Shown here: in pieces, positions 9,686 to 20,719 of the stretch | Layout: each line of letters opens with the position of its first letter | How positions within the stretch are numbered: the first letter of the stretch is position 1 | Assembly (NCBI GenBank): GCA_965208905.1 | Contig: OZ242365.1 | Span: forward strand, 736,001-800,000 | DNA from: Nitrosopumilaceae archaeon | GTDB taxonomy: Archaea; Thermoproteota; Nitrososphaeria; Nitrososphaerales; Nitrosopumilaceae | DNA length: 64,000 nucleotides | Direction: 5' to 3' | Notes under the pieces: generated by a model | Told to the model about the DNA's origin: nothing | Database searches by the model: none | The model's input: the letters and a program-made list of their open reading frames with translations, nothing else | Program-made: the position numbers and the translations under genes

Positions 9686-12169
9686 CTTCCAAGGATGGAC
9701 CATACAAAAGTATGGATATTCGCCCTTCTCATCAAATGTATGGATAAACATGCTCCCCGGCATTATAAGACCACTATCAAAGTTGTCATCGGGACCTTCT
9801 GACAGACTGCCACTAGTGACGCTGTGCAGAACAGTGTCATGATTGGTCCAACTTACAGTCTCCCCCTCACTTATGTGGACTATCTGTGGCCTAAAACATC
9901 CGATTTTTCTATCACACTCGGGTGTTGAGGCATTTAGTATGCCAATATGTGTTGCTTGTGCTGGTATAACATGAAACTGTACGTCTGTAACAAAGCCACC
10001 TGTGTGATCATACAGAGATATACCATATGTGCCATCATTGCCCGCCTGCACCTGAGTATTAAAGAGATTATCTGTGACATCGACATCTAGTATCTCTACA
10101 ATCTGTCCGTCTTGGTTGGTTATCATAATAGTACTGGATTCATCGTACATCTCGTTATAGTGACCATCAATCAGCACTGTATCGCCAGATATGTACTGTA
10201 TATGATCAGTGTATATCTTACCTGTATAAGATACTGATGGTGCATCAACAACATAAAATATAGTATCGGCTATGAACTCTCCGTCTTTGTCATACACCTG
10301 TATGCTGTATGTACCTGCATCATCATACCCATGAGTATACGTCTTGATTCTACCATCATCAGTGTGGATGTAAAGACTCTCCACAACGTATCCACTTGAA
10401 TCTGTTATGGTTATATCTGAAGACCCTTCATACTCGTGTGAATATAGTACTGTGATGTGTATGCCGCTTTTAGGCATGTACACTAAATCACTGGTGAACA
10501 CCACTCCAGAATCCGGAGGGGTGACATCCGGACCAGTTACCTCAAATGCACTATTCGCTGAAAGATTACCATCATTATCATACATCCGGACTTTGTATGT
10601 TCCAGATGTGTAATATCCTGCTATGCTCTTATCAAAACCATCGTATAATGTTCCTGCATCTTGGCCGGTTACATCGGTGTGGCTGTCTAAAATGTCTACA
10701 TCAAACACATCTGCTATCATATTATTTGGATCAATTATCACTATCTTTGCTGTACCTCTATATTCGTCCCAGTACCACCCGCGTATCTGTATGCTGTCTC
10801 CGGGCTCGTACGCAGACGGTACCGCCCTAATCTCCCCCAGATCCGACGAATAACTACTATCTGATATCTCCACCAAATGTAACTCATTCTGGTAGTCCTT
10901 TGCAGTAAATACTGCGTCTGGTGTTGGATTATTGGGAGTCAAAAACCCATCTGTACCATACATTAGAACAATGCCTGCCAGTGTAATCTCTGATGTGTAA
11001 TTGATATCACTTGGCATGTTGAATGCATGGCCCATACCTATGGCATGCTTGAATTGATGCAGTGCCGCATCTTTGATGTCCATACTAGTGTCATCTATGC
11101 AGACTGTTACCTGCACAGGCCTTGATGTTATATCTTCATTCGTATAGTATTCACATGTCTTGGGTGTTATCACATGCATTATGATATCAGGCTCTACCTG
11201 ATGGAATAACTCATTACCTGTAATTATGCCAAACTCGACATCCCAACTCCCACCATATCTCTCTTTTAATTTGGCCGTAAGTGATGTTATACTCTCTATG
11301 ATCTCTGTGTAATGATCTTCTGTATCTGATATGATTGCCACCTTGGGCGTTGACTCAAACTTTAAGGGTTTGTATATCTCTATGTATCTTTCACTTGTTA
11401 TGGGGCTTACGGTAACTTGAGTGGGCGATTGAAGTATCTTTACATCTTGACATGACTGATGACTAGTCACTGTGGGGCCCATATCACATGTGGATATTTT
11501 ATGGTACATGTCATTGCCCTCAAAGACCGCATATACCTCCATTGATTCATCCGAGTCTGTATTGACTGCAGACCAACTTGTGCTAAAGCGTCCTGTATCG
11601 TTGACATATGCGTTGCCTAGAATGTCATCTTCACCGGTGGTATCCCTCTCTTTTATGTATATGATGGCACCCTTGGTGTCTCTACCATCCAGGTTTAACA
11701 TACCCGAGAATGTAATGATATCTCCCTCATACGCCTCATGCGGTATTGCATCCAACACAAGATATCCACCATGCTTTAGAATTCTCAAGTTATATGTCCC
11801 ACTCTTGTCGGAACGATAGTCTGCATCCCCATCAAATACAGCATATATGTCAAAATCTAATGTATCGGACTCTACAATCCACGGTATGGCAAACTGCCCT
11901 TGTGAGTCGGTCTTACCACTTGCAAAACACTCATCAGGTGCATACATGTTGTGTCTGCATATCTGTATACTCTTGTCTGGTAGGGGCTCATCCTCACTGT
12001 ATAATGTGCCTGTAAATGATATCTGCTCGCCTATGTATGACCCATCTTGTATGGCATCAAATGTTATGCCTGTGATATATTGGGTGGTATCGTATTGAGC
12101 GTTGGCATTTACCATACATGATACAACAATCAATGATATGATCGATGGTAACGCCCATAACATACTCAT
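9662..12169 (-). CDS. Secreted multidomain protein: Ig-like repeats, degenerate metzincin motif, C-terminal cupredoxin
   Basis: Signal peptide; repeated beta-rich modules; HQFKHAIGMGH; C-terminal HSVT...YFCMVHPW. Confidence 0.75.
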   Translation of the reverse strand: MSMLWALPSIISLIVVSCMVNANAQYDTTQYITGITFDAIQDGSYIGEQISFTGTLYSEDEPLPDKSIQICRHNMYAPDECFASGKTDSQGQFAIPWIVESDTLDFDIYAVFDGDADYRSDKSGTYNLRILKHGGYLVLDAIPHEAYEGDIITFSGMLNLDGRDTKGAIIYIKERDTTGEDDILGNAYVNDTGRFSTSWSAVNTDSDESMEVYAVFEGNDMYHKISTCDMGPTVTSHQSCQDVKILQSPTQVTVSPITSERYIEIYKPLKFESTPKVAIISDTEDHYTEIIESITSLTAKLKERYGGSWDVEFGIITGNELFHQVEPDIIMHVITPKTCEYYTNEDITSRPVQVTVCIDDTSMDIKDAALHQFKHAIGMGHAFNMPSDINYTSEITLAGIVLMYGTDGFLTPNNPTPDAVFTAKDYQNELHLVEISDSSYSSDLGEIRAVPSAYEPGDSIQIRGWYWDEYRGTAKIVIIDPNNMIADVFDVDILDSHTDVTGQDAGTLYDGFDKSIAGYYTSGTYKVRMYDNDGNLSANSAFEVTGPDVTPPDSGVVFTSDLVYMPKSGIHITVLYSHEYEGSSDITITDSSGYVVESLYIHTDDGRIKTYTHGYDDAGTYSIQVYDKDGEFIADTIFYVVDAPSVSYTGKIYTDHIQYISGDTVLIDGHYNEMYDESSTIMITNQDGQIVEILDVDVTDNLFNTQVQAGNDGTYGISLYDHTGGFVTDVQFHVIPAQATHIGILNASTPECDRKIGCFRPQIVHISEGETVSWTNHDTVLHSVTSGSLSEGPDDNFDSGLIMPGSMFIHTFDEKGEYPYFCMVHPWKSSLVIVQ

Positions 12170-12275
12170 AATTGTATGGTGTTTTTTGCGCTATTTATTC
12201 CGGTTCCTCCCCCAAAGTTGGGTGATGGTCGATATATTGTTAGATAGTGTTGAATACATTATTAAACCGTACTAT

Positions 12276-12596
12276 ATGATGACTTTTATAAAAAATAGTA
12301 GGGCAGTAACACGCCCATACACAAAAAATTTGGACATACAATACGTGTTTGAACATGTCAGGAAGGTGGCAGAAGTAGCATATGTTATAGCAAATAACAC
12401 AGGGAAGAATACCTATGATGTTGACGCATTGATATACCATACGATGCGCGGTCCCAATCCCAAAGTATATTCGTCCATAACGCAGACCGCTATACGGGAC
12501 GGGGTTGCCGCCCATAAAACGTACAGGACAAAGGCTGCGCAGGGCATGAAAGTGTCTGAACCCGTATTCCGCAAGTCTGATATGGACTTGTTCTGA
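12276..12596 (+). pseudogene. Probable N-terminal TnpB fragment (different subfamily from copies 1/2)
   Basis: YHTMRGPNPKVYSSITQTAIRDGVAAHKTY...SEPVFRK resembles the TnpB REC region; ends before any RuvC motif. Confidence 0.45.
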
Positions 12597-12779
12597 CCAT
12601 CAATTGTGCAATTTCAAAAATTAGTTAATCAAACTTCGAGAGAACCAAAAGCGTGCCAAATTGTCTAGGATTGTATCATTTGTGTGACGACACCTGTGGT
12701 TACATCTGCCCACCTGGCAACCTTGGGCTTCATACTTTATACCTGATCAGTAATGTCTCCGCAATAACCATCTATTTGA

Positions 12780-13091
12780 CTAGTCGACTATTAGCTCGCC
12801 AGCTATTACATCATCAATGATTGCCTCTCCAGCTGCTACTGCCACAGTCAATGATATGGCCAGCGGAATGATGAGTAGTATCCCCACCAGCAGACAGTTT
12901 TTTGCTTTGTCTAGATCATCGTGCCTGATGGCAAGGAATGCTATTATGCCTCCTGGCAGATTAAACAACACTGGCAGTATAAACCAGAGCCTACTTCTAT
13001 ACCTGTTGGCCATGTGTTCCTGTACAAATATCCACAGCATGCCATTTCTGACTTTGTGTAGATGTTGCATCTCCATGTATATAGTACTCAT
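12780..13091 (-). CDS. Small membrane protein (start codon uncertain)
   Basis: Two to three hydrophobic segments (WFILPVLFNLPGGIIAFLAI; CLLVGILLII); upstream CTTAAATA. Confidence 0.6.
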   Translation of the reverse strand: MSTIYMEMQHLHKVRNGMLWIFVQEHMANRYRSRLWFILPVLFNLPGGIIAFLAIRHDDLDKAKNCLLVGILLIIPLAISLTVAVAAGEAIIDDVIAGELIVD

Positions 13092-13558
13092 CTGGGGTAT
13101 TTAAGATAACACCGACCAATTTGGCGTACTTTTCGTTGTACGTCTTTGTTCTGGAAGGGATGATACTCAGGTATGATTATGAGACCGCGTTGATCCTCTC
13201 ATTTTTATAAGTAATTACATTAATTGGTACATTGAAGGCAGCCGTACTGTATAATAAAAAGACCATCGACCTTCAATATGTAATCAAAATTTATGGTGCG
13301 GCCACTATAGAGCACTGTAATCCAGAGACCATCAACAAGGTGATCCCTACACTTGAGACGAGCAGTCACATAATTTGCCCCATCGACATAGAGTACACTC
13401 TAAATGACATACCCGTCTTGGATGGGTTTGAGCAGCTGAAAGCCGAACAGTATGGCCCCCACAACCACATTCTGGAAGACCATCTGACGGGAAGGTGCTG
13501 CTTGCCTTGGCGTTTCACGAATACTCCACACCCCAGAGGCAAGCCGGTGAAGTAGGAG

Positions 13559-15208
13559 ATGTCCAGTACAGTCGAGACCACCCTAAAGCGTGTCGAAGAG
13601 TCGTTTCGTATGACTCCTGACAAAAAAGCATCCTTATCTAGGCGCGGAATGGTTGCAACGGCATTTCCAGATGCCACCTGCGCTGGGGCCGAGATGCTTC
13701 GGCGCGGAGGCAATGCGGTGGATGCCGCCTGCGCAGCCTCTCTTGCCTTGGCAGTATGCGAGCCGCAAGCATCCGGAATAGGTGGGCAGACCATCGCCCT
13801 AATACATGTGAATGGCAGAACCGTTGCGATAGATGGTTCTAGTCGGGCGCCGTCCCTGGCACACTCTTCCAGATTTACCACGCAACAGACGCGGTTCCTC
13901 GGATATGGAGCTTCCACCGTACCTAGCACTATTGCAACCATCGGCTACCTGAACGATCACTATGGCTGTCTAGACTGGGAGACGATTGTGGGGCCGGCGA
14001 TACGCATAGCCAGGCGCGGATACAGAATCACCAAGCTGCAGCACAGGTGTCAGGTGGATAACCTAGACAAATTCCTCTCTGTGGAATCCCGGTCAGGAGC
14101 AAAGTACTTTCTCAAGGATGGGCTGGCTCCCTACGAAGTGGGCGACCTGTTCATACAGGAGGAATTGGCCGAAACGCTGGACCATCTTGGCAAGTACGGA
14201 TACCACTCGTTCTACCATGGAGATATGGCGGATCAGATAGACGCAGACATGCGCAAGAACGGCGGCCTACTCCGGAAAGAGGATCTAGTCCTAGTCCCCA
14301 CACCGGTGGAGAGAAGGCCCATCTCCCGGAAGTATCGGGGAATCCGCGTCTCTACGATACCCCCACCTGGCGCGGGAGACACGATGCTCTTGGTCCTGAT
14401 GATACTAGACAATATTCCACGAAAGTACGTAGGCGAGAAGAGTCATAACTCCTATCACTATCTGGCCGAGACGTTCAGGAAGGCCCTCCTGTACAGGACA
14501 CAGAGGCCCTTTGATCCTAACACATATCACCATATTACCAACAAGACCCACTTGAGCGTTGATTTTGCAAGAAGACTGGCCAGATCTATAAAAGACAACG
14601 TTGATCCCACCCTTCCGTTGCGGGAACCTCCGGCAGATCCCGAAGATACCACCCACCTGTCTACCATGGACGAGGAAGGAAATGCGGTCAGCATGACCCA
14701 GTCCATAGAACTGGTCTATGGATCCAAGGCAGCGGCAGACGGACTGGGATTCTTGTACAACAATTACATGTCGGCATTTGAGATCAGCAATCCCGTACAT
14801 CCGTTCTATCTAAGGCCCAATGCCGTGCCATGGTCGTCAGTCTGTCCTAGTATAGTATTCAATGGTAGTGAGCCGTGGATCACTGTGGGCAGCCCCGGAA
14901 GCGAGAGAATATTCAGTACGATGAGTCTGTTCCTGTCGAGACTCTTTGATGAAGAGAACTCCATATATGATGCCATGGCAAGATCGCGTATTCACTGCTC
15001 TCTTGGAGGCCAGATAAGCCTAGAGACTGACGGTGCCGGGGACGGCCTGGCGGCATACCTAAAGAAGCGCGGGTACAAAGTGAACGTACTGGACAGATAC
15101 TCGTTTTATCTGGGGACGATACATGCGGCGATGAGATGTCTAACCAGAGAAGGCTTTCAGGGAGTGGCAGACATCAGGCGCGACGGGACTGCAGAGGGCA
15201 TTCCATGA
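13559..15208 (+). CDS. ggt: Gamma-glutamyltransferase
   Basis: GGNAVDAA and SGIGG motifs; autoprocessing site EDTTHLS (Thr nucleophile); GSPGS. Confidence 0.92.
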   Translation: MSSTVETTLKRVEESFRMTPDKKASLSRRGMVATAFPDATCAGAEMLRRGGNAVDAACAASLALAVCEPQASGIGGQTIALIHVNGRTVAIDGSSRAPSLAHSSRFTTQQTRFLGYGASTVPSTIATIGYLNDHYGCLDWETIVGPAIRIARRGYRITKLQHRCQVDNLDKFLSVESRSGAKYFLKDGLAPYEVGDLFIQEELAETLDHLGKYGYHSFYHGDMADQIDADMRKNGGLLRKEDLVLVPTPVERRPISRKYRGIRVSTIPPPGAGDTMLLVLMILDNIPRKYVGEKSHNSYHYLAETFRKALLYRTQRPFDPNTYHHITNKTHLSVDFARRLARSIKDNVDPTLPLREPPADPEDTTHLSTMDEEGNAVSMTQSIELVYGSKAAADGLGFLYNNYMSAFEISNPVHPFYLRPNAVPWSSVCPSIVFNGSEPWITVGSPGSERIFSTMSLFLSRLFDEENSIYDAMARSRIHCSLGGQISLETDGAGDGLAAYLKKRGYKVNVLDRYSFYLGTIHAAMRCLTREGFQGVADIRRDGTAEGIP

Positions 15209-15975
15209 ACAGGCTGCCCGTGGCAATATCTATCCCACATGGCGGAACTGCCATACCCGCAGAGCTTGATGGTCGTCTTTGTATATCTCCCTGTGATATT
15301 TTACATGATGCTGACCCCTTTGCCATCCAGCTGTACGACCTAGGAGATAGGGTAAGTCGTGTCATCAAAACCGAAACAGCGAGAACTTTTGTTGATTTAA
15401 ACCGCTCGTTACATGATCTTCCACCAGACCACCCCGACGGTATAATAAAGACCTCCACGTTCCACGGACGGCCCATATATCTAGAGGGGATGGAACCTGA
15501 TGAGGGTGTCCAACGAAGACTGATGGAACTATACTACATGCCATATCACAGAGCGATACAGCGTAGTATGATGGAGCTGGACCTGCAGCTGTGTCTGGAT
15601 TGCCATACCATGGAAGCTATCGCTCCCAAGATATCTCCTGATGCCACAGGCAAAAAACGGCCGGTATTCTGCCTGTCCAACAAAGACGGTCGCACATCCT
15701 CCTCAGAGATGATAGAACTATTGGCCTCATGCATGGCCGAGTCGTATGGTATAGACTCGACCCAAATATCCATCAACAACCCCTTCCATGGAGGACACAT
15801 AACGACTACCTATGGCAACAATCCGGTACCGTGGATTCAGGTGGAGATGAACCGCAACCTCTACCTGACAGAGCCATGGTTCGATGCAGAGTCGTTGTCC
15901 ATGGACCATACGCGCCTACAGGACCTGAACAAGCAATTCAGTGACGCGCTAAACATCTTCTTTGCTCGAATCTAA
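15205..15975 (+). CDS. N-formylglutamate amidohydrolase family protein
   Basis: SIPHGG, VDLNR, PYH, LDCHTM, NPFHGG, IQVEMNR motifs; ATGA overlap with ggt. Confidence 0.9.
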   Translation: MNRLPVAISIPHGGTAIPAELDGRLCISPCDILHDADPFAIQLYDLGDRVSRVIKTETARTFVDLNRSLHDLPPDHPDGIIKTSTFHGRPIYLEGMEPDEGVQRRLMELYYMPYHRAIQRSMMELDLQLCLDCHTMEAIAPKISPDATGKKRPVFCLSNKDGRTSSSEMIELLASCMAESYGIDSTQISINNPFHGGHITTTYGNNPVPWIQVEMNRNLYLTEPWFDAESLSMDHTRLQDLNKQFSDALNIFFARI

Positions 15976-16237
15976 GCCACTTCTGCATGTTACTCCCACC
16001 AGGATGTTATTCTCAGCAGTCTGAATGTGGTTTAAATTATACAATTGATGTCAAAACAGGCCCATATCAGACATATTTTTCTGGACAAAATCATAGCCTG
16101 GTACCACTGCGACATTCTGCATGATACATCTGTATCTTGGTGACCTCGGCTGGGTTTCTACCACCAAAATTTGGCGCGATACAATCCCTCGCCCCTCTGG
16201 AGGACTTGCAGATTATCTAAAGGGATACAGTGCATCA

Positions 16238-16606
16238 TCATCTGATTTTGGAAGAGGAACCTGGTGTATATTCAACAAACACAATTGTACTGTCTACCTC
16301 TTTGTGCTGCTCTATTATGGAGGCTCGAAACTTTACTTCATAACTGCGGTCCGCTTCAAACTTGGCCTCGGCTTCAAACTCTGCAGAGTTGTCTATAACA
16401 TCACTATGCGGTATGAACAGCCGAGCAATGTTGGATATCTTTTTACCATTATATGATGTGTATACGATGTGGTGATTTGAGTCTAGTACCTGTGCATTTA
16501 TGACTATGCCATCGTAGCGGCCCGGATATGATACTGATATTACACCTTTTATGACATCCGTACTACAAAACTTTGCTGGCTTTACCTTTAATGTGATATC
16601 CATCAT
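16238..16606 (-). CDS. Hypothetical protein (beta-rich)
   Basis: Open ORF co-oriented downstream of the ABC transporter genes. Confidence 0.6.
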   Translation of the reverse strand: MMDITLKVKPAKFCSTDVIKGVISVSYPGRYDGIVINAQVLDSNHHIVYTSYNGKKISNIARLFIPHSDVIDNSAEFEAEAKFEADRSYEVKFRASIIEQHKEVDSTIVFVEYTPGSSSKIR

Positions 16607-16641
16607 ACATCTAAACAACACAGAGGCTTATAATTTGCGCA

Positions 16642-17430
16642 TTAGAACGGCCTGCTGACATCTCTGGTAAACGTCCAGCCCGCCACCAGTATTATCGCAC
16701 CAACAAAGACACCCAGCACTCCTAGACTTAGTGATACTGGTATGCCTGACTCTACTCCGGTCATCATCTCTCGAATCAGCAGAATCGTGTATGTTGCGGG
16801 ATTTATTTGAGCCAATGATGACAGCCAATCTGGCATCAACTCCAACGGAAATAGTGCCGGGCTTATCATGAATAGGGGCATTCCTAGAAAGTTGATTATC
16901 CCCCAGAATGCCTCCTGTGACTTGGCAGTGGCCGCCACAATAACCGACACTCCGGAAAATCCCAAGGAAAACAACGTTACGATGGCCATAATGGGGATGA
17001 TCATTGCATAATCGATAAAACTAACACCAATGATCAACGATATTGCGATAATCAGTGAGGCTTGCAGTGTTGCCACTATTGCTATGGCCAGCATCTTACC
17101 TAATGCCAACGATGATCTGAATATGGGTGAGACAAGAGCCTTGTTCATAAAGCCATATCGACGGTCCCACAAGGTGTTGACCCCACCAAATATACTGGTA
17201 AATATGGCCGTCAACACAATAACTCCCGGCGCCATAAACTCGATATACTCCCCATCAAACCCTGCCGCCTGTATCAGAGGTTTTGTACCCGAGAAGGTGT
17301 GCCCTATAACTACAATCCAGACTGCCGGCTGTATCAGTCTTATCAATACACCACTCTTCGATTTACGATACCGCATCATCTCCCGCCAGAATATGGCATA
17401 TGTATCAGTAGCAAACTTGCGCATTACCAT
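16642..17430 (-). CDS. ABC-2 type exporter permease
   Basis: Six TM helices; YIEFMAPG, FPLELMPDWL and NPATY motifs. Confidence 0.9.
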   Translation of the reverse strand: MVMRKFATDTYAIFWREMMRYRKSKSGVLIRLIQPAVWIVVIGHTFSGTKPLIQAAGFDGEYIEFMAPGVIVLTAIFTSIFGGVNTLWDRRYGFMNKALVSPIFRSSLALGKMLAIAIVATLQASLIIAISLIIGVSFIDYAMIIPIMAIVTLFSLGFSGVSVIVAATAKSQEAFWGIINFLGMPLFMISPALFPLELMPDWLSSLAQINPATYTILLIREMMTGVESGIPVSLSLGVLGVFVGAIILVAGWTFTRDVSRPF

Positions 17431-18392
17431 CTCCTCTTGCGACGGGGCTCCGGACCCTGTTCGCGTATCTGATGTCCCGTATATGATATGTATACATCAT
17501 CTAGTGTGGGACCTGTCATCGATACAGACTGTATCTGTATGTTTAATGACTGAGCCTTTTGAAATATTATGGGTATAGTCTGCGGACCATCACTGACATG
17601 TATCTGTAATGTGTCATTTGTGCGTCGTATATCCTGTACGCCATCTATACTCGATATATTATCGGAGAGCAGAACTGCATTATCTGAACGCATATTTATC
17701 ACCTCCTGCTCTAGATTCTCCTTCATCTGACTTGGTCTGCCTACAGCCTTTACCTTGCCTTGGTCTATAATACATATCCTATCACAGAGCATATCGGCCT
17801 CTTCCATGTAGTGTGTTGATATAAAGACAGTCATATCGTACTCTTTGTGCATTGTATGTATGTGCTCCCATATGCGATGGCGAGTCTGTATATCCAGGCC
17901 TACAGTGGGCTCATCAAGAAACAGTATGGTGGGTCTGTGTAATAGTCCAGATGCAATATCCAGACGCTTCTTCATGCCGCCTGAGTATGTGACTGTGGCA
18001 TCATGCTGTCTGTCCGCCAGACCTGTAGTCTCCATCAACTCATCTATGCGCCTCTCGGCGACTGCAGGTTCTAGACGGCTTAGTCGGGCCTGCAAGATGA
18101 GATTCTCGCGTCCTGTCAAATACTCATCTATGGCGCTCTCTTGTTGTACAAATCCTATATGTTCTCGAACGCTGGACTGCTGGGTTGCTATATCATATCC
18201 GGCTACACGCGCCGAGCCTGATGTGGGCCGCAGTAGAGTGGTTAACATCTTCATTGTGGTACTCTTTCCTGCACCATTGGATCCCAAAAAGCCGTACACC
18301 TCAGACTGCTCCACATCTATTGTTATGTTATCCACAGACTGTATGTCTCCAAAGCGTTTGGAGAGCGAATCAGTCTTGATGGTATAACTCAT
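17424..18392 (-). CDS. ABC exporter ATP-binding subunit (DrrA-like)
   Basis: Walker A GSNGAGKST; signature YSGGM; Walker B LFLDEPT; H-loop. Confidence 0.93.
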   Translation of the reverse strand: MSYTIKTDSLSKRFGDIQSVDNITIDVEQSEVYGFLGSNGAGKSTTMKMLTTLLRPTSGSARVAGYDIATQQSSVREHIGFVQQESAIDEYLTGRENLILQARLSRLEPAVAERRIDELMETTGLADRQHDATVTYSGGMKKRLDIASGLLHRPTILFLDEPTVGLDIQTRHRIWEHIHTMHKEYDMTVFISTHYMEEADMLCDRICIIDQGKVKAVGRPSQMKENLEQEVINMRSDNAVLLSDNISSIDGVQDIRRTNDTLQIHVSDGPQTIPIIFQKAQSLNIQIQSVSMTGPTLDDVYISYTGHQIREQGPEPRRKRRW

Positions 18393-18426
18393 GTACTTTA
18401 GCCACATTTAACTAAATTAAAAACTA

Positions 18427-18501
18427 CGGGCCCGAAGGGCTTCGATCCCTTGACCATTGGATTAGAAGTCCAACACTCTATCCATACTGAGCTACGGGCC
18501 C
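18427..18501 (-). tRNA. tRNA-Arg(TCT)
   Basis: Cloverleaf GGGCCCGTAGCTCAG...TTGGA-CTTCTAA-TCCAA...CGGGCCCG. Confidence 0.93.
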
Positions 18502-18518
18502 GTTTAAAAAACAGACGA

Positions 18519-19334
18519 TTACCATTTTAAGGGTTTTTCAGACTCGTCCCGAGCCATCTTGAAGAGATACTGTTGCGCATAACCTGCGTATGGCCCTAGC
18601 ATATCTACTATATCATCATGTAGTGTATCGTATTGTTGTGCTGTACGTGGAGCAGTACCATCACCTATACTGTAATACTCATGCATCATACGAATGATCC
18701 AACGATCCAAGGGGACTGCCTCTAGGTGACCGCAGCCAAACAACAGTATGCAGTCTGCAACCTTGCGGCCCACCCCTGATAACATACACAATCTCTCCTG
18801 CGCATCCTTATACGACATGCTCTGTATATTACTGCATGAGCCATCACGTATCATACATGATGCCTCTTGAATGTACCTGGCTCTATACCCCACGCCACAC
18901 TCTTTGATCTCTTGTATGTCTGCATCAGCCAGAACGTCTGGGGTTGGAAATATGCGAAACATTATACCGTCATACTCTATCTCATCTCCAAATTTGTGGC
19001 ATATCTCTTGGAGGTTTCTGCGAATTCGTGGTATGTTGGAGTTGGCTGATACTATAAAAGATATTGTACACTGAAAGAGGTCTTGATGTGTAATTCTCAG
19101 ACCCGCATACCTATCTAATAACTCTGATAACAGTCGGTCTTGCCTGAATGTATCATGTATATGTTGAATATCATCACTGCATCGAAAAAAGTCTGCTATG
19201 GTACATGTGGCATCCACCACACCCGTACTGTCTGCTTTTAGCACATTCTGCCCATCTATGATATACCAAAATCTGCCTACCTCTCTCCACAAGAATACCT
19301 GCCCGCTACATAAAGTACCATATACATCCATCAT
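18519..19334 (-). CDS. 8-oxoguanine DNA glycosylase (HhH-GPD family)
   Basis: TLCSGQVF, GVGYRA, HhH motif LSGVGRKVADC, PLD, YAGYAQQYLF. Confidence 0.88.
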   Translation of the reverse strand: MMDVYGTLCSGQVFLWREVGRFWYIIDGQNVLKADSTGVVDATCTIADFFRCSDDIQHIHDTFRQDRLLSELLDRYAGLRITHQDLFQCTISFIVSANSNIPRIRRNLQEICHKFGDEIEYDGIMFRIFPTPDVLADADIQEIKECGVGYRARYIQEASCMIRDGSCSNIQSMSYKDAQERLCMLSGVGRKVADCILLFGCGHLEAVPLDRWIIRMMHEYYSIGDGTAPRTAQQYDTLHDDIVDMLGPYAGYAQQYLFKMARDESEKPLKW

Positions 19335-20599
19335 ACAGTTACAGTTTGGGATGCCTCGCCGGCAAAGGCCTTCAGCCCAAATCTCTCTTGTATCTGCTGC
19401 GCAAACATTGTACATGACTCGGCATCGCCGTGTACTGTCATGACTTGAGGGTTCCCCTCTATTTTTTTGAGCATATCAAACAAATCCTTACTATCCGAGT
19501 GTCCTGAAAACTGGAACTGGCGTACTGCGGCGACCACCGACGCATCCTTACCCCTCACGGCGACCACGCCCTCGTCCAGTAGACGCTTACCTGGAGTACC
19601 ATCGCCCTGATATGATACCATGGCTATGCCATTCTTCTTGTCTAGTGCTAACTCTTGCAGATAAAACACAGCATTTCCTCCCACTAGCATACCTGCTGGT
19701 GATATTATGACGCAGGGGTCTGATATGGCGTTTTTACGATCACGGTTGTGTTTCACTGAATGCGCACCATTGACTGCATCCTGAAAGACATTTGGGTCTC
19801 GGTGAAACTCTGGATACCTCAAAAGTATCTCATTGACCTTGAGTGCCATCCCATCCATCACAATTTTGTGTTTAAAGCCGTACGCTCTTAGTATACACAA
19901 CATCTCTTGCGCCCTCTCGACCGAGAATGATGGTATGAACAATCTACCTTTGTTGTCTATTATCTCATTGGCAAAGTCAACTAGTGCCCTCTCAGACTCT
20001 TCCCGCGGTACCTGTTCTGACTGTGAGTATGTACTCTCTGTTATCAGCAAGTCTATGGCTCCTATATCCAAGTCTGCAGGACCCAACAGCCTAGAACCCG
20101 AAACCTTGATGTCTCCTGTATAAAATAGCCTTTTGCCATCAGCCTCCATCAGTATGGTACTTCCGCCAATTACATGGCCGGACTGGCGTAGCTCAAGTGA
20201 TATAGGACCAATCTGAATCTTGTCTCCATACGGTACATCTATGGCGCTGCGCATCATGTTGTATAGCTGATTCGCATCAAAGGGGTACTGTTTTGATTTA
20301 CTCAGTTTTAGCATATCTGTGATTAATAACTCGGTGAGATCAAATGTTGGTGCAGTTGCAAATATGTCCACACTGCCCGTCTGAAACAGAGATGGCATAA
20401 AACCCGAGTGGTCTAGGTGTGCATGTGTGATTATTGCCCCATCCAAATCTCTGGACTGTACCTGTACGGGAAACTTTGGTGGCTCGCCCCTGCGCTCAAA
20501 CATCACACCATAATCCATCAATACTTTGGTGTTGCCCTCCTGAACTAGAAATCCAGAGCGTCCTACCTGTCTAGCAGCTCCCAATACAGTAACATTCAA
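19331..20599 (-). CDS. Beta-CASP metallo-beta-lactamase ribonuclease
   Basis: THAHLDHSG, GHVIGG, YTGD, ESTY, FSGH and VHGD motifs; TTG start. Confidence 0.92.
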   Translation of the reverse strand: MNVTVLGAARQVGRSGFLVQEGNTKVLMDYGVMFERRGEPPKFPVQVQSRDLDGAIITHAHLDHSGFMPSLFQTGSVDIFATAPTFDLTELLITDMLKLSKSKQYPFDANQLYNMMRSAIDVPYGDKIQIGPISLELRQSGHVIGGSTILMEADGKRLFYTGDIKVSGSRLLGPADLDIGAIDLLITESTYSQSEQVPREESERALVDFANEIIDNKGRLFIPSFSVERAQEMLCILRAYGFKHKIVMDGMALKVNEILLRYPEFHRDPNVFQDAVNGAHSVKHNRDRKNAISDPCVIISPAGMLVGGNAVFYLQELALDKKNGIAMVSYQGDGTPGKRLLDEGVVAVRGKDASVVAAVRQFQFSGHSDSKDLFDMLKKIEGNPQVMTVHGDAESCTMFAQQIQERFGLKAFAGEASQTVTV

Positions 20600-20719
20600 G
20601 ATTTAATCGTTCATTTTGGCGATTATATATCTATGGTATTTTGTACTTGTGTAATATGAGATTGTAACAAAGATGTAATACTCATAAGATTTAATTATTA
20701 ATGCGAAATCTACTAACTC

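Noticed and set aside
16131-16146. 13-bp match AGGTCACCAAGAT with about 5936-5948
   Set aside because: The match does not extend and has no supporting structure, so it was treated as chance.
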